A stretch of 64,000 bases of DNA from an uncultured Nitrososphaerales archaeon (lineage in GTDB: Archaea > Thermoproteota > Nitrososphaeria > Nitrososphaerales > Nitrososphaeraceae): positions 96,001 to 160,000 of the forward strand of contig CAWJCY010000006.1 in assembly GCA_963841565.1 (NCBI GenBank), written 5' to 3'. The notes below the pieces were generated by a model. That model made no database searches. It worked only from the letters and a program-made list of their open reading frames with translations, and was not told the origin of the DNA. Positions 11,055 through 20,749 of this stretch are shown in pieces. Position 1 is the stretch's first letter. The number at the start of each line of letters is the position of its first letter. A program made the translations under genes and the position numbers.

Positions 11055-12752
11055 CTACAGGGATTTCCTTTTGGCTATAACATTTTGTTCGAGTGTTGGA
11101 AGTACCTTAGAAATGCTGTCAAGGTACATTTGAACATGCGGTTCAGCAATCCACATTTTTTTCTTCTCGTCCTCGAAAAGGTATCCATATCTCTGAGAGC
11201 TTCCTACCCTCTCCCGAGATTTAAGCAAGTCCAAGTACTTAGTAGAGATGGTTGATTCGTCAAAACCGTGTTTTCGTGCTATCAAGTCAATCACTTGATG
11301 AATCCCTGATCCGTGTTGAGCTGCTTCCTTGGTACGATAAGCGATATCCCTTGAAATGCCCAATTCTTGCGCGAGCTTTCTGTGTACGTGTTTGCCAAAT
11401 GCATCTGACACACCTTTAACATTCAAACGTAGATCTATTTTCATACTAAGCCTAATCAATCTCAAGTCAAGAAAAGGCTCCCGCATTTCAATACTGTGAG
11501 CCATGGTAATCTTATCCTCTCGCTCCAGTGTCTCTTTATACAAAAGTTGTATATCCTCATTCATGTAATGACGCAAACCAGCATACCCTCCTCCATCTTT
11601 TACTATTTTTCCGTACCATGAATACCCTCCAAATAGCTCATCTGCTGCCTGCCCAGAAAACATCACTTTGATGCCATCTTCATGAGCTAATTTTACTGCA
11701 GCGTATACAGGGATAGCAACTTCGACCTGGCCTGCATTTGTATGTTCAATTGTATTAATCACTTCAGGGATCATTTCTTCTACTTCATTGTAGGTTAATT
11801 CATTGACTCTTAATTTCAAATTCAGCTTTTTTGCAATCTTTCTGGCAAATGCTATATCACTTGATCCTTCCACCCCACCAGTATAGCATATAACTTCACG
11901 AACCATCTTCTTGGCAAGCCAAGCAATGATTACACTATCAATTCCTCCTGAGAAAATTATGCCTATTCGATCAAAATCTTGAGTACGCTTTCTCATAGAT
12001 GAAACTAAAGCCCTTTTGTATGCTTTAATTGCAGAGTTCAGCGTCTTGTACCGGATCTTTTGATTACTTACAGGATTCCTCGTAACCTTGAGCTGCTCAC
12101 CAAATGAACCATCGGGCATAATAATTAAAGCAGATCCTGGATGAATTCTGAGAGTTGGTTCCTTTAACCCAATCTTCCACAGCGCTTTTCTTTCAGAAGC
12201 AAATGCCACTAATTGCGAGTTCTGGCCATAGTAGAGCTGTCTAACACCCATAACATCTCTAACCAAAACAATCTCACCAGTTTCTTCATCTCTTATCACA
12301 ATAGCATATACTCCATCCAATTCAGAGACCGTCTTTTTTATGGCACCTTGAAGATCCCTAGTCTTAGCATAATTATCCTCAAAAATATGTGCAATTACCT
12401 CGCTATCAGTTTGAGAAACAAATCTGTGTGAACTTTCAAGTTTGCTCCTTAGCTTCTTGTAATTGTAGATTTCACCATTATGCTCTACAATAAACCTACC
12501 ATCACAACTTCTAAAAGGCTGTTGTCCACACGTTCCTCCTACAATCGCTAGTCTAACATGTCCCAATGCAGAACAGCTGTCTGACATAGGATGTTTTCTA
12601 AGGTCACTAACAGAATCGGTTTGGACTATTTCCTCCGCCCCGGCAATCGCGGCCCCATCTGGACCTCTACATGCAATACATGAAAGCATAGATTCCACTA
12701 AAGGCACTACATTTTCTCCGGTCTTGCTCAAAATACCAACTATTCCACACAT
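11055..12752 (-). CDS. asnB: asparagine synthetase (glutamine-hydrolysing)
   Basis: N-terminal MCGIVG Ntn-amidotransferase, HNGEIYN, SGGIDS PP-loop, SGQAADELFGGY. Confidence 0.92.
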   Translation of the reverse strand: MCGIVGILSKTGENVVPLVESMLSCIACRGPDGAAIAGAEEIVQTDSVSDLRKHPMSDSCSALGHVRLAIVGGTCGQQPFRSCDGRFIVEHNGEIYNYKKLRSKLESSHRFVSQTDSEVIAHIFEDNYAKTRDLQGAIKKTVSELDGVYAIVIRDEETGEIVLVRDVMGVRQLYYGQNSQLVAFASERKALWKIGLKEPTLRIHPGSALIIMPDGSFGEQLKVTRNPVSNQKIRYKTLNSAIKAYKRALVSSMRKRTQDFDRIGIIFSGGIDSVIIAWLAKKMVREVICYTGGVEGSSDIAFARKIAKKLNLKLRVNELTYNEVEEMIPEVINTIEHTNAGQVEVAIPVYAAVKLAHEDGIKVMFSGQAADELFGGYSWYGKIVKDGGGYAGLRHYMNEDIQLLYKETLEREDKITMAHSIEMREPFLDLRLIRLSMKIDLRLNVKGVSDAFGKHVHRKLAQELGISRDIAYRTKEAAQHGSGIHQVIDLIARKHGFDESTISTKYLDLLKSRERVGSSQRYGYLFEDEKKKMWIAEPHVQMYLDSISKVLPTLEQNVIAKRKSL

Positions 12753-12782
12753 ACTATTATCACTAAATCGACGAGGACCGAC

Positions 12783-12827
12783 TCAGTTCCAAAACATAAA
12801 GCCAGGAGCTAATTCAGTTCCAGTCAT
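12783..12827 (-). CDS. putative leader peptide MTGTELAPGFMFWN upstream of asnB
   Basis: ATG..TGA ORF of 14 codons starting about 21-26 nt downstream of a TTTTAA box and ending 30 nt before the asnB ATG. Confidence 0.4.
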   Translation of the reverse strand: MTGTELAPGFMFWN

Positions 12828-12847
12828 AATAGATTACTCTCAATCCC

Positions 12848-12862
12848 TTAAAAGCGTTTTTG
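12848..12862 (-). promoter_or_regulatory. TATA box plus BRE-like element for the uORF-asnB transcript
   Basis: Minus strand reads AAAAACGC-TTTTAA, positioned for a start at about 12827. Confidence 0.45.
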
Positions 12863-12926
12863 TTGGCTCAAAAACAAAAGGCCGATTATATCAATACGGG
12901 GACTATATGGATATTATTATCTATTG

Positions 12927-13268
12927 TCAGACCTTGTGTTTACCCTTACTGATTGCAAGGTCTATAGCCTTACGGAGCTCCGCATCATTCTTATTTGTAA
13001 AATCAATTCCCAATGTGTCGGCGATAGACTCGAGCTTCTCTCTACCAATGGATGATTCATCAGTAACATCCTTCGTATTCACCTGGTTCAACTCCTTCTT
13101 GGCCTGAATTTTGGCTTTCTCATATTCAGAAGAAGCCCTTCCCACAGATCGTGCGATCTCTGGGATCTTCTTTACCCCAAAGAACAAAACAACCACAATA
13201 ACTATAATAAAGACCCATTCTAATCCGCCAACTCCAAATGCTTGCATCAATTGGCTTGAAGCGATCAT
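12927..13268 (-). CDS. tatA: twin-arginine translocase subunit TatA
   Basis: TM helix followed by FFGVKKIPEIARSVGRA. Confidence 0.93.
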   Translation of the reverse strand: MIASSQLMQAFGVGGLEWVFIIVIVVVLFFGVKKIPEIARSVGRASSEYEKAKIQAKKELNQVNTKDVTDESSIGREKLESIADTLGIDFTNKNDAELRKAIDLAISKGKHKV

Positions 13269-13334
13269 CGGCCCAAGTAATATTCCGATTCTTCTGCATT
13301 TAAGTGTTAATTCTGACTGACGTAATTGGTACCA

Positions 13335-14306
13335 TTAGAATCTTGTACTATGAGCTTCTGCACCTGAATTGGCAAGACGATTATTTTCACTTTTAGATCT
13401 CTTGACTACCATTAAGCCAGCCAAGTAAAGAAGAATCATAGGAGCCACTACGAGCCACATACTGATTCCACCTCCATCTGGGGTAATAATTGCGCCAAAT
13501 ATTACGAAGATAATTATTGCGTACCTAAAGTTCTTTTTCCAAAAGGGCGCATCGACAACTCCAGTCAAGGAGAGTGCATACATGATAGCTGGGAGCTCGA
13601 AAGCAAGTCCGAACGCCACTAATAGCTGAAGCACAAAAGGGAAAAACTCGTTTATATTAAAGAAGGTGGCAACACCGATAGATTCGCCATAGGCGTAGAG
13701 AAAATTCAGGATAAACGGAATGACAAGGACATATGAGAAAATAACCCCAATAACAAAGAGAAGAATTGTCGGAACAAAAGTCTTGACCGTTAGGACGTTC
13801 TTGGTCGATTTACCGAAGGCTGGTGAAATAAACGCATACATTTCTCTAATTATTAGAGGCATTGTAATCAAAATACTCAACATGACGGCAATAAACACTT
13901 GAGAGAAAAATGCTTGTCCCGGTGCAGTTTGAATTAATGAAACTTCAGGAGGAAGAAGCGTCTTTTCCATGAATGTCGTTAGCTGTATAGCAACATTATC
14001 AAACGGATTATAGTAGGGATAGTAAATGGTGATATCAATTGAATCTCTTCCGCCCTGATTACCGCCGCTGTTAGGTGATTCACTTGAAGTAATCATTCCA
14101 GAGCTTGGATCAAACGACAAATGAATAGTGGTCAGCCCGAAACTGAGGCAGAATGCTGTTATGACAAGCATGGCCACTACTACACGTATTAGTCGGAGAC
14201 GTAATTCGTCAAGGTGCTCGCCAATAGTCATTTCCACCGGCAAATCTATTGAATATAGGTTTATTCCACGACTTACTAATATAATTGTGCTAAAATTAAA
14301 TATCAC
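13335..14306 (-). CDS. tatC: twin-arginine translocase subunit TatC
   Basis: EHLDELRLRL, FISPA, FELP and ITPD motifs; start probably near MTIGEH. Confidence 0.93.
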   Translation of the reverse strand: MIFNFSTIILVSRGINLYSIDLPVEMTIGEHLDELRLRLIRVVVAMLVITAFCLSFGLTTIHLSFDPSSGMITSSESPNSGGNQGGRDSIDITIYYPYYNPFDNVAIQLTTFMEKTLLPPEVSLIQTAPGQAFFSQVFIAVMLSILITMPLIIREMYAFISPAFGKSTKNVLTVKTFVPTILLFVIGVIFSYVLVIPFILNFLYAYGESIGVATFFNINEFFPFVLQLLVAFGLAFELPAIMYALSLTGVVDAPFWKKNFRYAIIIFVIFGAIITPDGGGISMWLVVAPMILLYLAGLMVVKRSKSENNRLANSGAEAHSTRF

Positions 14307-14425
14307 AATTGAACTTTTATTTCCTAAAGTAAGAAAATGGCTAAGCGTTCAATTTTTATATCGCTGTTATAGATTTGGCATAGTGTTTAAATAGTTTCAG
14401 CATGAAACGACATTTAGTGATATAG

Positions 14426-14719
14426 ATGCCAGTCGCAATAATTCCAGATGTTAGCGAACAACACTGTATAGGATGTGCTCTTTGCGTAGAAATATGTACA
14501 GCGCTAGGTCCTGATGTCTTAAGAGTAAAACCAGTTGAAGGGTGGAAGAGAGGAAAAGCATTCGTCTTTTATCCTGAAAGATGTATCTCTGATGGGGCCT
14601 GCATAGGCGTTTGTCCAACAAAGGCAATCTTCTGGATGAGACCAATGGAATATACTCCAGGTCAACCAATTCCACTCAAGAAGAATGCGTTATTCACAAA
14701 GGGCTGGGAAGAAGGTTAG
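14426..14719 (+). CDS. 2[4Fe-4S] ferredoxin
   Basis: CIGCALCVEIC and CISDGACIGVCP. Confidence 0.92.
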   Translation: MPVAIIPDVSEQHCIGCALCVEICTALGPDVLRVKPVEGWKRGKAFVFYPERCISDGACIGVCPTKAIFWMRPMEYTPGQPIPLKKNALFTKGWEEG

Positions 14720-14869
14720 AGTCGTAATTGGCCTAAATTTTTTTTTCTAATTTTATATTTGAGCTATAGACGAGAGTAGGGGGGTACGTATAGTTTTTGG
14801 CCTCTCGGAATATGTCATGTTTGGACCTTATTCCCATGATAAATGTTCTAAGCGTGTGATTGGTTAAGG

Positions 14870-15337
14870 ATGTTAGAGAGGATAAAGTATCATCTTATGT
14901 GGATTTGGGGCCAAGAAGAAGGATTCATGAAGCGAGGCAAGGAGGGGATGCTTGTAATAACGAATACGCGCATCACATTCATAACAAAGACGAAAATGAA
15001 GTACAGCGTACATGAAGAATACTCGCTGAGGCAGCTAAGGCGATTTAAAGACGGTGAATCTGTCTTACTGCCGATAGAACGATATAGCGAGATAGACCTT
15101 CAGAACGATTTGGCCGAAAGCGATAAAAACATAGATATTCCCTTCAACAGATTAATCAAAATCGGGCAAGAAAAGAAAAGATGGGGAACTATACTCAAGT
15201 TAAAGTTTGTTGAAAACGAAGATACGAAGGGCTATAAGTTCATGGTCGTGAAAGGATGGGTAAAGTATCCTCTTAAAGACCCTGTTTCGTTCCAGCAATT
15301 GGATTGGGACCCGATTATAGGGCTAATGAAGAAATAG
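14870..15337 (+). CDS. hypothetical protein (PH/GRAM-like)
   Basis: G-x-L-x-ITNxRIxF pattern resembling PH/GRAM folds. Confidence 0.7.
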   Translation: MLERIKYHLMWIWGQEEGFMKRGKEGMLVITNTRITFITKTKMKYSVHEEYSLRQLRRFKDGESVLLPIERYSEIDLQNDLAESDKNIDIPFNRLIKIGQEKKRWGTILKLKFVENEDTKGYKFMVVKGWVKYPLKDPVSFQQLDWDPIIGLMKK

Positions 15338-15609
15338 GCAAGCCTCCGATTTAGGTCAAGTAGTCTAGCGGAATGCTCGTATGACAGCAGCAGGCTCATG
15401 AACAATAGCAATAGCTACCAATGCCCAGCATGATTTTCTGCCTGGGAAACATGTATCAATTGCATGGCTAAGGCTTTCCAGCTATCAAGTTATCTTGATA
15501 ATCAGATAACAATTCGTATCTGAGAGTTGAATATGAAATTTGAAAAATTGGTATCATAGTATTTTTACCGTAGTCAGAAATTAAATAAAGCTCTGGAAAG
15601 TCATAATGT

Positions 15610-15918
15610 ATGGCTAGAGTTCTCGTCGGCAAAAGATCAGACATTCAAGAAGGTGAGTTTACCAATGTTACAGTCGGAGGTAGACAAATCCTAGTGGCAA
15701 ATGTTAAGGGAAGCTATTTTGCGACTGGTAATATTTGCACGCATGAAGGCGCAGAATTGCATGAAGGCGAATTACATAATAAGGAACTCACCTGTCCATG
15801 GCATGGAGCTAAATGGGATCTTACAACTGGGCAATTGATTTGGTTCCGTGAATCTCTGGAATCAATTGAATCCTATACAGTTATAGTCGAAGATGACACG
15901 CTCTTTGTAGAGATATAG
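15610..15918 (+). CDS. Rieske [2Fe-2S] ferredoxin
   Basis: CTH ... CPWHG motif. Confidence 0.9.
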   Translation: MARVLVGKRSDIQEGEFTNVTVGGRQILVANVKGSYFATGNICTHEGAELHEGELHNKELTCPWHGAKWDLTTGQLIWFRESLESIESYTVIVEDDTLFVEI

Positions 15919-16210
15919 AAATAGGAAAATCGAGAAGAGAATGGACTGGTTCTGGCTCTGAAATCCAACTATTTGAAGATTGTAATTTTCCTTGTTCTCC
16001 CATGCGACATGGAAATTTCGAAACTTTTGAGATCTTTATGTCGTTTCGATTTCTCGATATTGGGGTCTTGTAAAAGATTTTTAATCTATGGAAGGTATGT
16101 CTGAGATAACATAGATTGATCCACCCGATGGGGATCATCTACGTTTGAAAGAAAAGATAATTAGAGTTTAATCACAATTATATTGTCTTATATAGGCTAG
16201 ATAAAATACC

Positions 16211-16285
16211 GCGGAGTTAGCCCAGACTGGTTAAGGTACGAGCTTCCCAAGCTCGGGATCGCGGGTTCAAATCCCGCACTTCGCA
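16211..16285 (+). tRNA. tRNA-Gly (CCC)
   Basis: Cloverleaf: acceptor GCGGAGT/ACTTCGC, anticodon arm CGAGC-TTCCCAA-GCTCG, T arm GCGGG-TTCAAAT-CCCGC; TTATATA upstream. Confidence 0.95.
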
Positions 16286-16521
16286 TGTATGGATTTTATT
16301 GTGACTGTGCTGATTGACCGGTGCTCGCCACTACTAGATCTTCGTTAGAATATCTCGTAGACCTAAATGATGAAAAAAGCTTCCGAGCCTCGGAAAAGAC
16401 GACATATTATTGTTCCTACATTTCAAGGTCCATCCTGCAAGTGAGTTTGTTTATGAAAATCAGACTATTAGAATCGCGATCATAAATCACCAAAAGTGAA
16501 AAGGAATGTCGATCAATAATT

Positions 16522-17427
16522 CTATTTAGGTTCCAAGCGACTCTTTAGATCCTTGAACCGATTCCTAATTGTAACCTCTGTCACACCGGCAGCTTCTGCT
16601 ATATCCATTTGAGTGATGGTTTCTCCTACATTTTTCGACGACAAATATAACACAGAGCCAGCTAATCCCATTGGATCCTTTCCTGCCGAGATTCCGTGCT
16701 TTGTAACATTCTGCATGATACTCATAGCTTCACGTTTTGTTCGTTCACTCAGCCTCGTCTTATTGGCCACTTTTACAATGCATTTTATAGGGTCGACCAT
16801 AGGGACCTTCAAATCCAATTCTAGTATGAGCAATCGGGTGGTTCTTGCCAGCTCTTTCCTTTTAATATTTGTGAGATCGGAGATATCACTAAGGGTTCTT
16901 GAAATACCCATTTCCCTACAGGCTATATATGCTGCTGCAGAAAGTACCGATGGTATGGTTCTACCTCGAACCAAACCCCTTTCTTGGGCCTTTCTGTAAA
17001 TATATGCTGTTTTCTCGATAGCTGCCTCAGACAGCCCAAGCTTATCCCTAATCCGTTCCAAAATACTGAAAGCATGTCGAAGATTCCTATCTGCAGGGGA
17101 ATATGCCTGTGTTCTGAAATCCCAAGCTCGTAATCTATCCATAGTAGATCTGACTACGGCATCTAGCCCTTTCCCACTCGCATCTTTATCAGATCGACCT
17201 ATTACAGTAGCTAGTCCCATATCATGTCTGGCCAGGGACGTTGGCATTCCAGTTCTGCTCCTATGGTTAGCTTCTTCCACACTAAAGGCCCTCCATTCTG
17301 CTCTATTTTCCTCGACATTTTCTAAAATGACGGTACCACAATTACCACAAATTATTTCGCCAGAATCAGGATCTGCAATGTTTTGATTGCTTCGATTGCA
17401 AACAGGGCACTTGATTGAACTTTTCAT
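16522..17427 (-). CDS. tfb: transcription initiation factor IIB
   Basis: N-terminal Zn ribbon, EWRAF, cyclin repeats, GVTEVTIRNR. Confidence 0.95.
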   Translation of the reverse strand: MKSSIKCPVCNRSNQNIADPDSGEIICGNCGTVILENVEENRAEWRAFSVEEANHRSRTGMPTSLARHDMGLATVIGRSDKDASGKGLDAVVRSTMDRLRAWDFRTQAYSPADRNLRHAFSILERIRDKLGLSEAAIEKTAYIYRKAQERGLVRGRTIPSVLSAAAYIACREMGISRTLSDISDLTNIKRKELARTTRLLILELDLKVPMVDPIKCIVKVANKTRLSERTKREAMSIMQNVTKHGISAGKDPMGLAGSVLYLSSKNVGETITQMDIAEAAGVTEVTIRNRFKDLKSRLEPK

Positions 17428-17561
17428 TATCTTATATAAAAACAGTTATAATGATCCGTATTCAAATATTTAAACCTAACCGTATGTGTTCGAACCTAAG
17501 AAAAATTTAAGCTTGGCCAGATTTTGCTCAAAATAATTTCAAATACCCCAGACTACGTACC

Positions 17562-18221
17562 TTGGATAATATGTTAGGTGGCAGGGATGTTAGAAAGATA
17601 CTAGTGGCCTACTTGAATGAAAGGCATAAAAAGTTAAGAAAAATTATCAACGACCCGACCAGAATTTATGCGTCTGAAGCGTCCCAGTGTACAAGACTTT
17701 CATATTATGAGAGAGTTGACCCAATTAATTCAAATTCAGCAGAACTATTCCAGATTCTGTTGACGCATGGATTTAGACATTCATTCGAAAATATAGAATC
17801 TGAGTATAAGACAGATAATCTGACCCTCGGACTTACAGCAGATATCATTCTAGAAAAGGAGCTTGTAGTAAGGTTGCAAATAACAGATTCCTTGCCAGAC
17901 TCTCCTAAGCCTCAAGATTTGCTCTATCTCAATGCCTGTCTTTATGCTTTTGACAAACCAGAGGGAATTTTGATCTATGTGCGAGGAGATGGGAAATCAT
18001 CAGAATTTTTAGTAGCAAAGAGTGCGAAAATGTTTGAGGAATTAATAAGAAGAGCAAGGGTCCTTAGTACGCTGCTTAAAGAGAAAAGAGTGCCTATCGT
18101 TGAACCGTCTGAATCTTGCATGACTTGCAAGTATTATGGGAGATGTTACATGATGGAAAGAAAGGAAACCAGCTTCTCAATAGAAAGTCTGTTTGGGAAG
18201 TCTAAAGATGAATCTGCTTAA
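17562..18221 (+). CDS. solo Cas4-like PD-(D/E)xK-fold protein with degenerate active site
   Basis: ASEASQCTRLSYY N-terminal Cys and CMTCKYYGRC C-terminal Cys triplet; no ExK or QxxxY motif. Confidence 0.65.
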   Translation: MDNMLGGRDVRKILVAYLNERHKKLRKIINDPTRIYASEASQCTRLSYYERVDPINSNSAELFQILLTHGFRHSFENIESEYKTDNLTLGLTADIILEKELVVRLQITDSLPDSPKPQDLLYLNACLYAFDKPEGILIYVRGDGKSSEFLVAKSAKMFEELIRRARVLSTLLKEKRVPIVEPSESCMTCKYYGRCYMMERKETSFSIESLFGKSKDESA

Positions 18222-18806
18222 TCAAGGGAAACTTAAAGTGAAAGGTCGATCTCCTCCACTAGCTTGAAGTGTAGACGTCTGGCTAAATGAGTATGTGCCG
18301 TTCACTTGGTATGACTCTATCTGGTTCATACTCAACCGATTCCAGATCTCTGAATTTTGGCTATTCCGAGCAAGTTGATCAGTATCTTTCAGAGTCACAT
18401 TCCCAGAAGCTATTACTGGAAAGACGTTATCTTGAGACTCAAGAAAACCCTCCAACCTTTCACCGATTTCGCCTGATGCAATTTCGCTGTTGTTAACTAG
18501 CACTTTGTATTGAATTGACTCAAGGATAATAGTCCCCCTATTGGGATTATGAGCGTCAAAAGTAATCTGCAAATTGGAATGTGAACTATCTATTGGTTCA
18601 ACCGTAACATTCTTGATTGATATGACAATAGGATTGTATGTTCGATCTGTAGATTGTGTTTCAGTGTTTGAAGGACTTTGGAGAGTCGACGCAGGGGCTT
18701 GTGTTTCAGCATTCTCGTTGTTAGAAGCAACCCCCCAATAAGTAACTCCAGTAATTACAGCTATTGCGATGGCTGAAGAGATGTAAATGATCTTCCTCTT
18801 ATTCAT
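18222..18806 (-). CDS. membrane-anchored LEA_2/WHy-like protein
   Basis: N-terminal TM, then HNPN ... IQYKVLVN ... IASG. Confidence 0.72.
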   Translation of the reverse strand: MNKRKIIYISSAIAIAVITGVTYWGVASNNENAETQAPASTLQSPSNTETQSTDRTYNPIVISIKNVTVEPIDSSHSNLQITFDAHNPNRGTIILESIQYKVLVNNSEIASGEIGERLEGFLESQDNVFPVIASGNVTLKDTDQLARNSQNSEIWNRLSMNQIESYQVNGTYSFSQTSTLQASGGDRPFTLSFP

Positions 18807-19060
18807 CTGATGAGATCACTTCTATGTTCTTATATGAATTCCTTTTCAATCTTGAATCAGAGCGAAAGTGAAAAGAAATTTAGAAAACGAATGCGTCGAT
18901 CTAAACATCAGTGGACATCGCAGTCCATCGGAAAAGTATGTCGTTGTCGCAGATAAGATGATTCAAGATTATACATCAACTACGCATGGTTTGTGAGAAT
19001 CAAGCACTCTAAATAGATTCCAACAACACTAAAATACTAAAAGATATAGAAGAAATCTAA

Positions 19061-19315
19061 ATGCCTACGGCTTACATTTTGGTAAATTGCACATTAGGTT
19101 CGGAAGAGCGAATTATTGGTGAAATCTCTAATTTGCCCGATGTGAAAGAAGTAAGAGGAACATATGGTGTTCATGATGTTTTCGTTAAAGTGAAATCAGA
19201 CAACACAGAGGCGATGAATCACACTATAACTAACAAGATTAGAAAAATCCCGGGAATAACTTCCACCGTAACACTAGTAGTCATAGAAGAGCAAGGCGGC
19301 AAGGAAAATCATTAG
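19061..19315 (+). CDS. stand-alone Lrp/AsnC ligand-binding (RAM) domain
   Basis: AYILVN ... GTYGVHDVFVKV ... IRKIPGITSTVTL; no HTH. Confidence 0.88.
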   Translation: MPTAYILVNCTLGSEERIIGEISNLPDVKEVRGTYGVHDVFVKVKSDNTEAMNHTITNKIRKIPGITSTVTLVVIEEQGGKENH

Positions 19316-19528
19316 TTACTCATTTTGAGGTAGCTCCTTACCTCGGTCCTCTTTCTTAATCTTCTTGATCATGTAGATGATCAAAGAGGTGCTTATTGGC
19401 ATTATAATCCAGCCAGTTATCCCTACGATGAGATAAACTTCGTATGTTGGTATGAATAAAGAGATACCTGCAAGAGCCGCACCTACCCACCAAGCGATGA
19501 TTAAAATCTGTAGGTTTGATTTTGCCAT
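19316..19528 (-). CDS. small two-TM membrane protein
   Basis: Two hydrophobic segments and a basic tail. Confidence 0.6.
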   Translation of the reverse strand: MAKSNLQILIIAWWVGAALAGISLFIPTYEVYLIVGITGWIIMPISTSLIIYMIKKIKKEDRGKELPQNE

Positions 19529-19539
19529 AAATCAATTAC

Positions 19540-19722
19540 CTAGCCACGCAGATCTTCGTCAAACCCCTTCAGATATCTCAAAATTTTACCGCATTTTGAA
19601 CACTGATCGTATTCCCGAAAGTCAAAGTCATTATACTTCCGAAATGAGAATGATTCAACGTGATTACAGAAGAGTCTTCTTATCAGCTGATGAAGCATCA
19701 GATACTCTATTAAATCGGGCAT
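19540..19722 (-). CDS. small Zn-binding protein
   Basis: FCNH ... CSKCGK. Confidence 0.55.
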   Translation of the reverse strand: MPDLIEYLMLHQLIRRLFCNHVESFSFRKYNDFDFREYDQCSKCGKILRYLKGFDEDLRG

Positions 19723-19766
19723 TTTTTACCATTTCGATTTGGTATGGGAATATTCTCAACCGAAAA

Positions 19767-19860
19767 TGCCGTCGGTGAGATTTGAGCTCACGACAGGTCG
19801 GTCTTCAGCTTCACCCCACACTAATTGGTCGAGTGCTCTCCCGGGCTGAGCTACGACGGC
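19767..19860 (-). tRNA. tRNA-Phe (GAA) with a 20-nt intron at position 30/31
   Basis: Reverse complement GCCGTCGTAGCTCAGCCCGGGAGAGCACTCG[ACCAATTAGTGTGGGGTGAA]GCTGAAGACCGAC...CGACGGCA; intron at 19810-19829; two non-consensus bases. Confidence 0.85.
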
Positions 19861-20190
19861 ATGTTACACTGTTCGTGGATGGATCATATATATTCCTATC
19901 ATATTCTCCGCAAAGCTCAAATTAGATGGTCGACCTGCCTTCGCAAATGACTTTCAATCATATGCGTGAGTCTGCGTGCCTTTTGTTACAAGAAAGGTAT
20001 TGTTACGGTTTATGCAGATAGTTAAAAACCGACCTGATAGCATGTATTTTACTGGTTTTGACAGCTTAGTTCAGCGTGAAAAGCCCCACTCACGTTATGG
20101 TTAGATTGCTTACAACAGAAGCAAATCATTGCACAAGATTTCAACCTTACAAAGTAGTTAAGAAAAGTTTATGAAGAATAACAGTAGGAG

Positions 20191-20749
20191 ATGAATAATC
20201 CAGTTAGGAGATCTCGTTTGAAGATATCGGTTCTAAGAATAGGACATAGATTTGTCCGAGATGATCGGGTAACTACTCACGTTGCTCTGGTGGCTAGAGC
20301 ATTGGGTTGTGATCGAATTTTCATGAATGAAGTGGATAAATCGATTAGATCAATGATGGACGAGATTATAGAGAGATGGGGAGGACAGTACTTTAACATA
20401 GAAATAATCGAGAGTTGGGAATCGACAATAAAGCATTGGAAGAATGAAGGCGGAAAGGTCGCTCATCTGACCATGTACGGTCTAAATATAGACGAAGTCA
20501 TCGATGATTTACGTAACTGTGATAAGTTGCTTGTGGTGGTGGGTGCTTCTAAGGTTCCTAAGGAGCTGTACCAGGTTTCCGATTACAACGTTGCAATAGG
20601 AAACCAGCCTCATTCTGAAATAGCACTTTAGCAATATGCTTGGACAGAATTTTCAATGGAAAGGAGTAACAAAGCAATTTGATGATGCAAAATTAAAAAT
20701 TGTTCCTTCTCCGAATGAAAAAAAGATATTGAACAATTCTCGAGACTAG
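20191..20749 (+). pseudogene. trm56: tRNA C56 2'-O-methyltransferase aTrm56, with two apparent frameshifts
   Basis: RIGHR..RDDRVTTHVALVARA, HLTMYG, GNQPHSE. The C-terminus (LAICLDRIF...DAKLKIVPS) continues in shifted frames after about 20625 and 20667; probably sequencing errors. Confidence 0.75.

Noticed and set aside
11055-12827. AsnB-like gene plus short peptide as a lasso-peptide cluster
   Set aside because: The enzyme keeps the N-terminal catalytic Cys glutaminase domain, no B1/B2 (RRE/peptidase) genes are nearby, and the peptide lacks a leader and a ring-forming Asp/Glu at positions 7-9
16286-16521. Integrated element at the tRNA-Gly 3' end
   Set aside because: No integrase or duplicated tRNA end; tfb follows directly, and only a short palindrome (16381-16395) is present
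17562-18221. Cas4-like gene as evidence of a CRISPR-Cas locus
   Set aside because: No cas1/cas2, effector genes or array in the window
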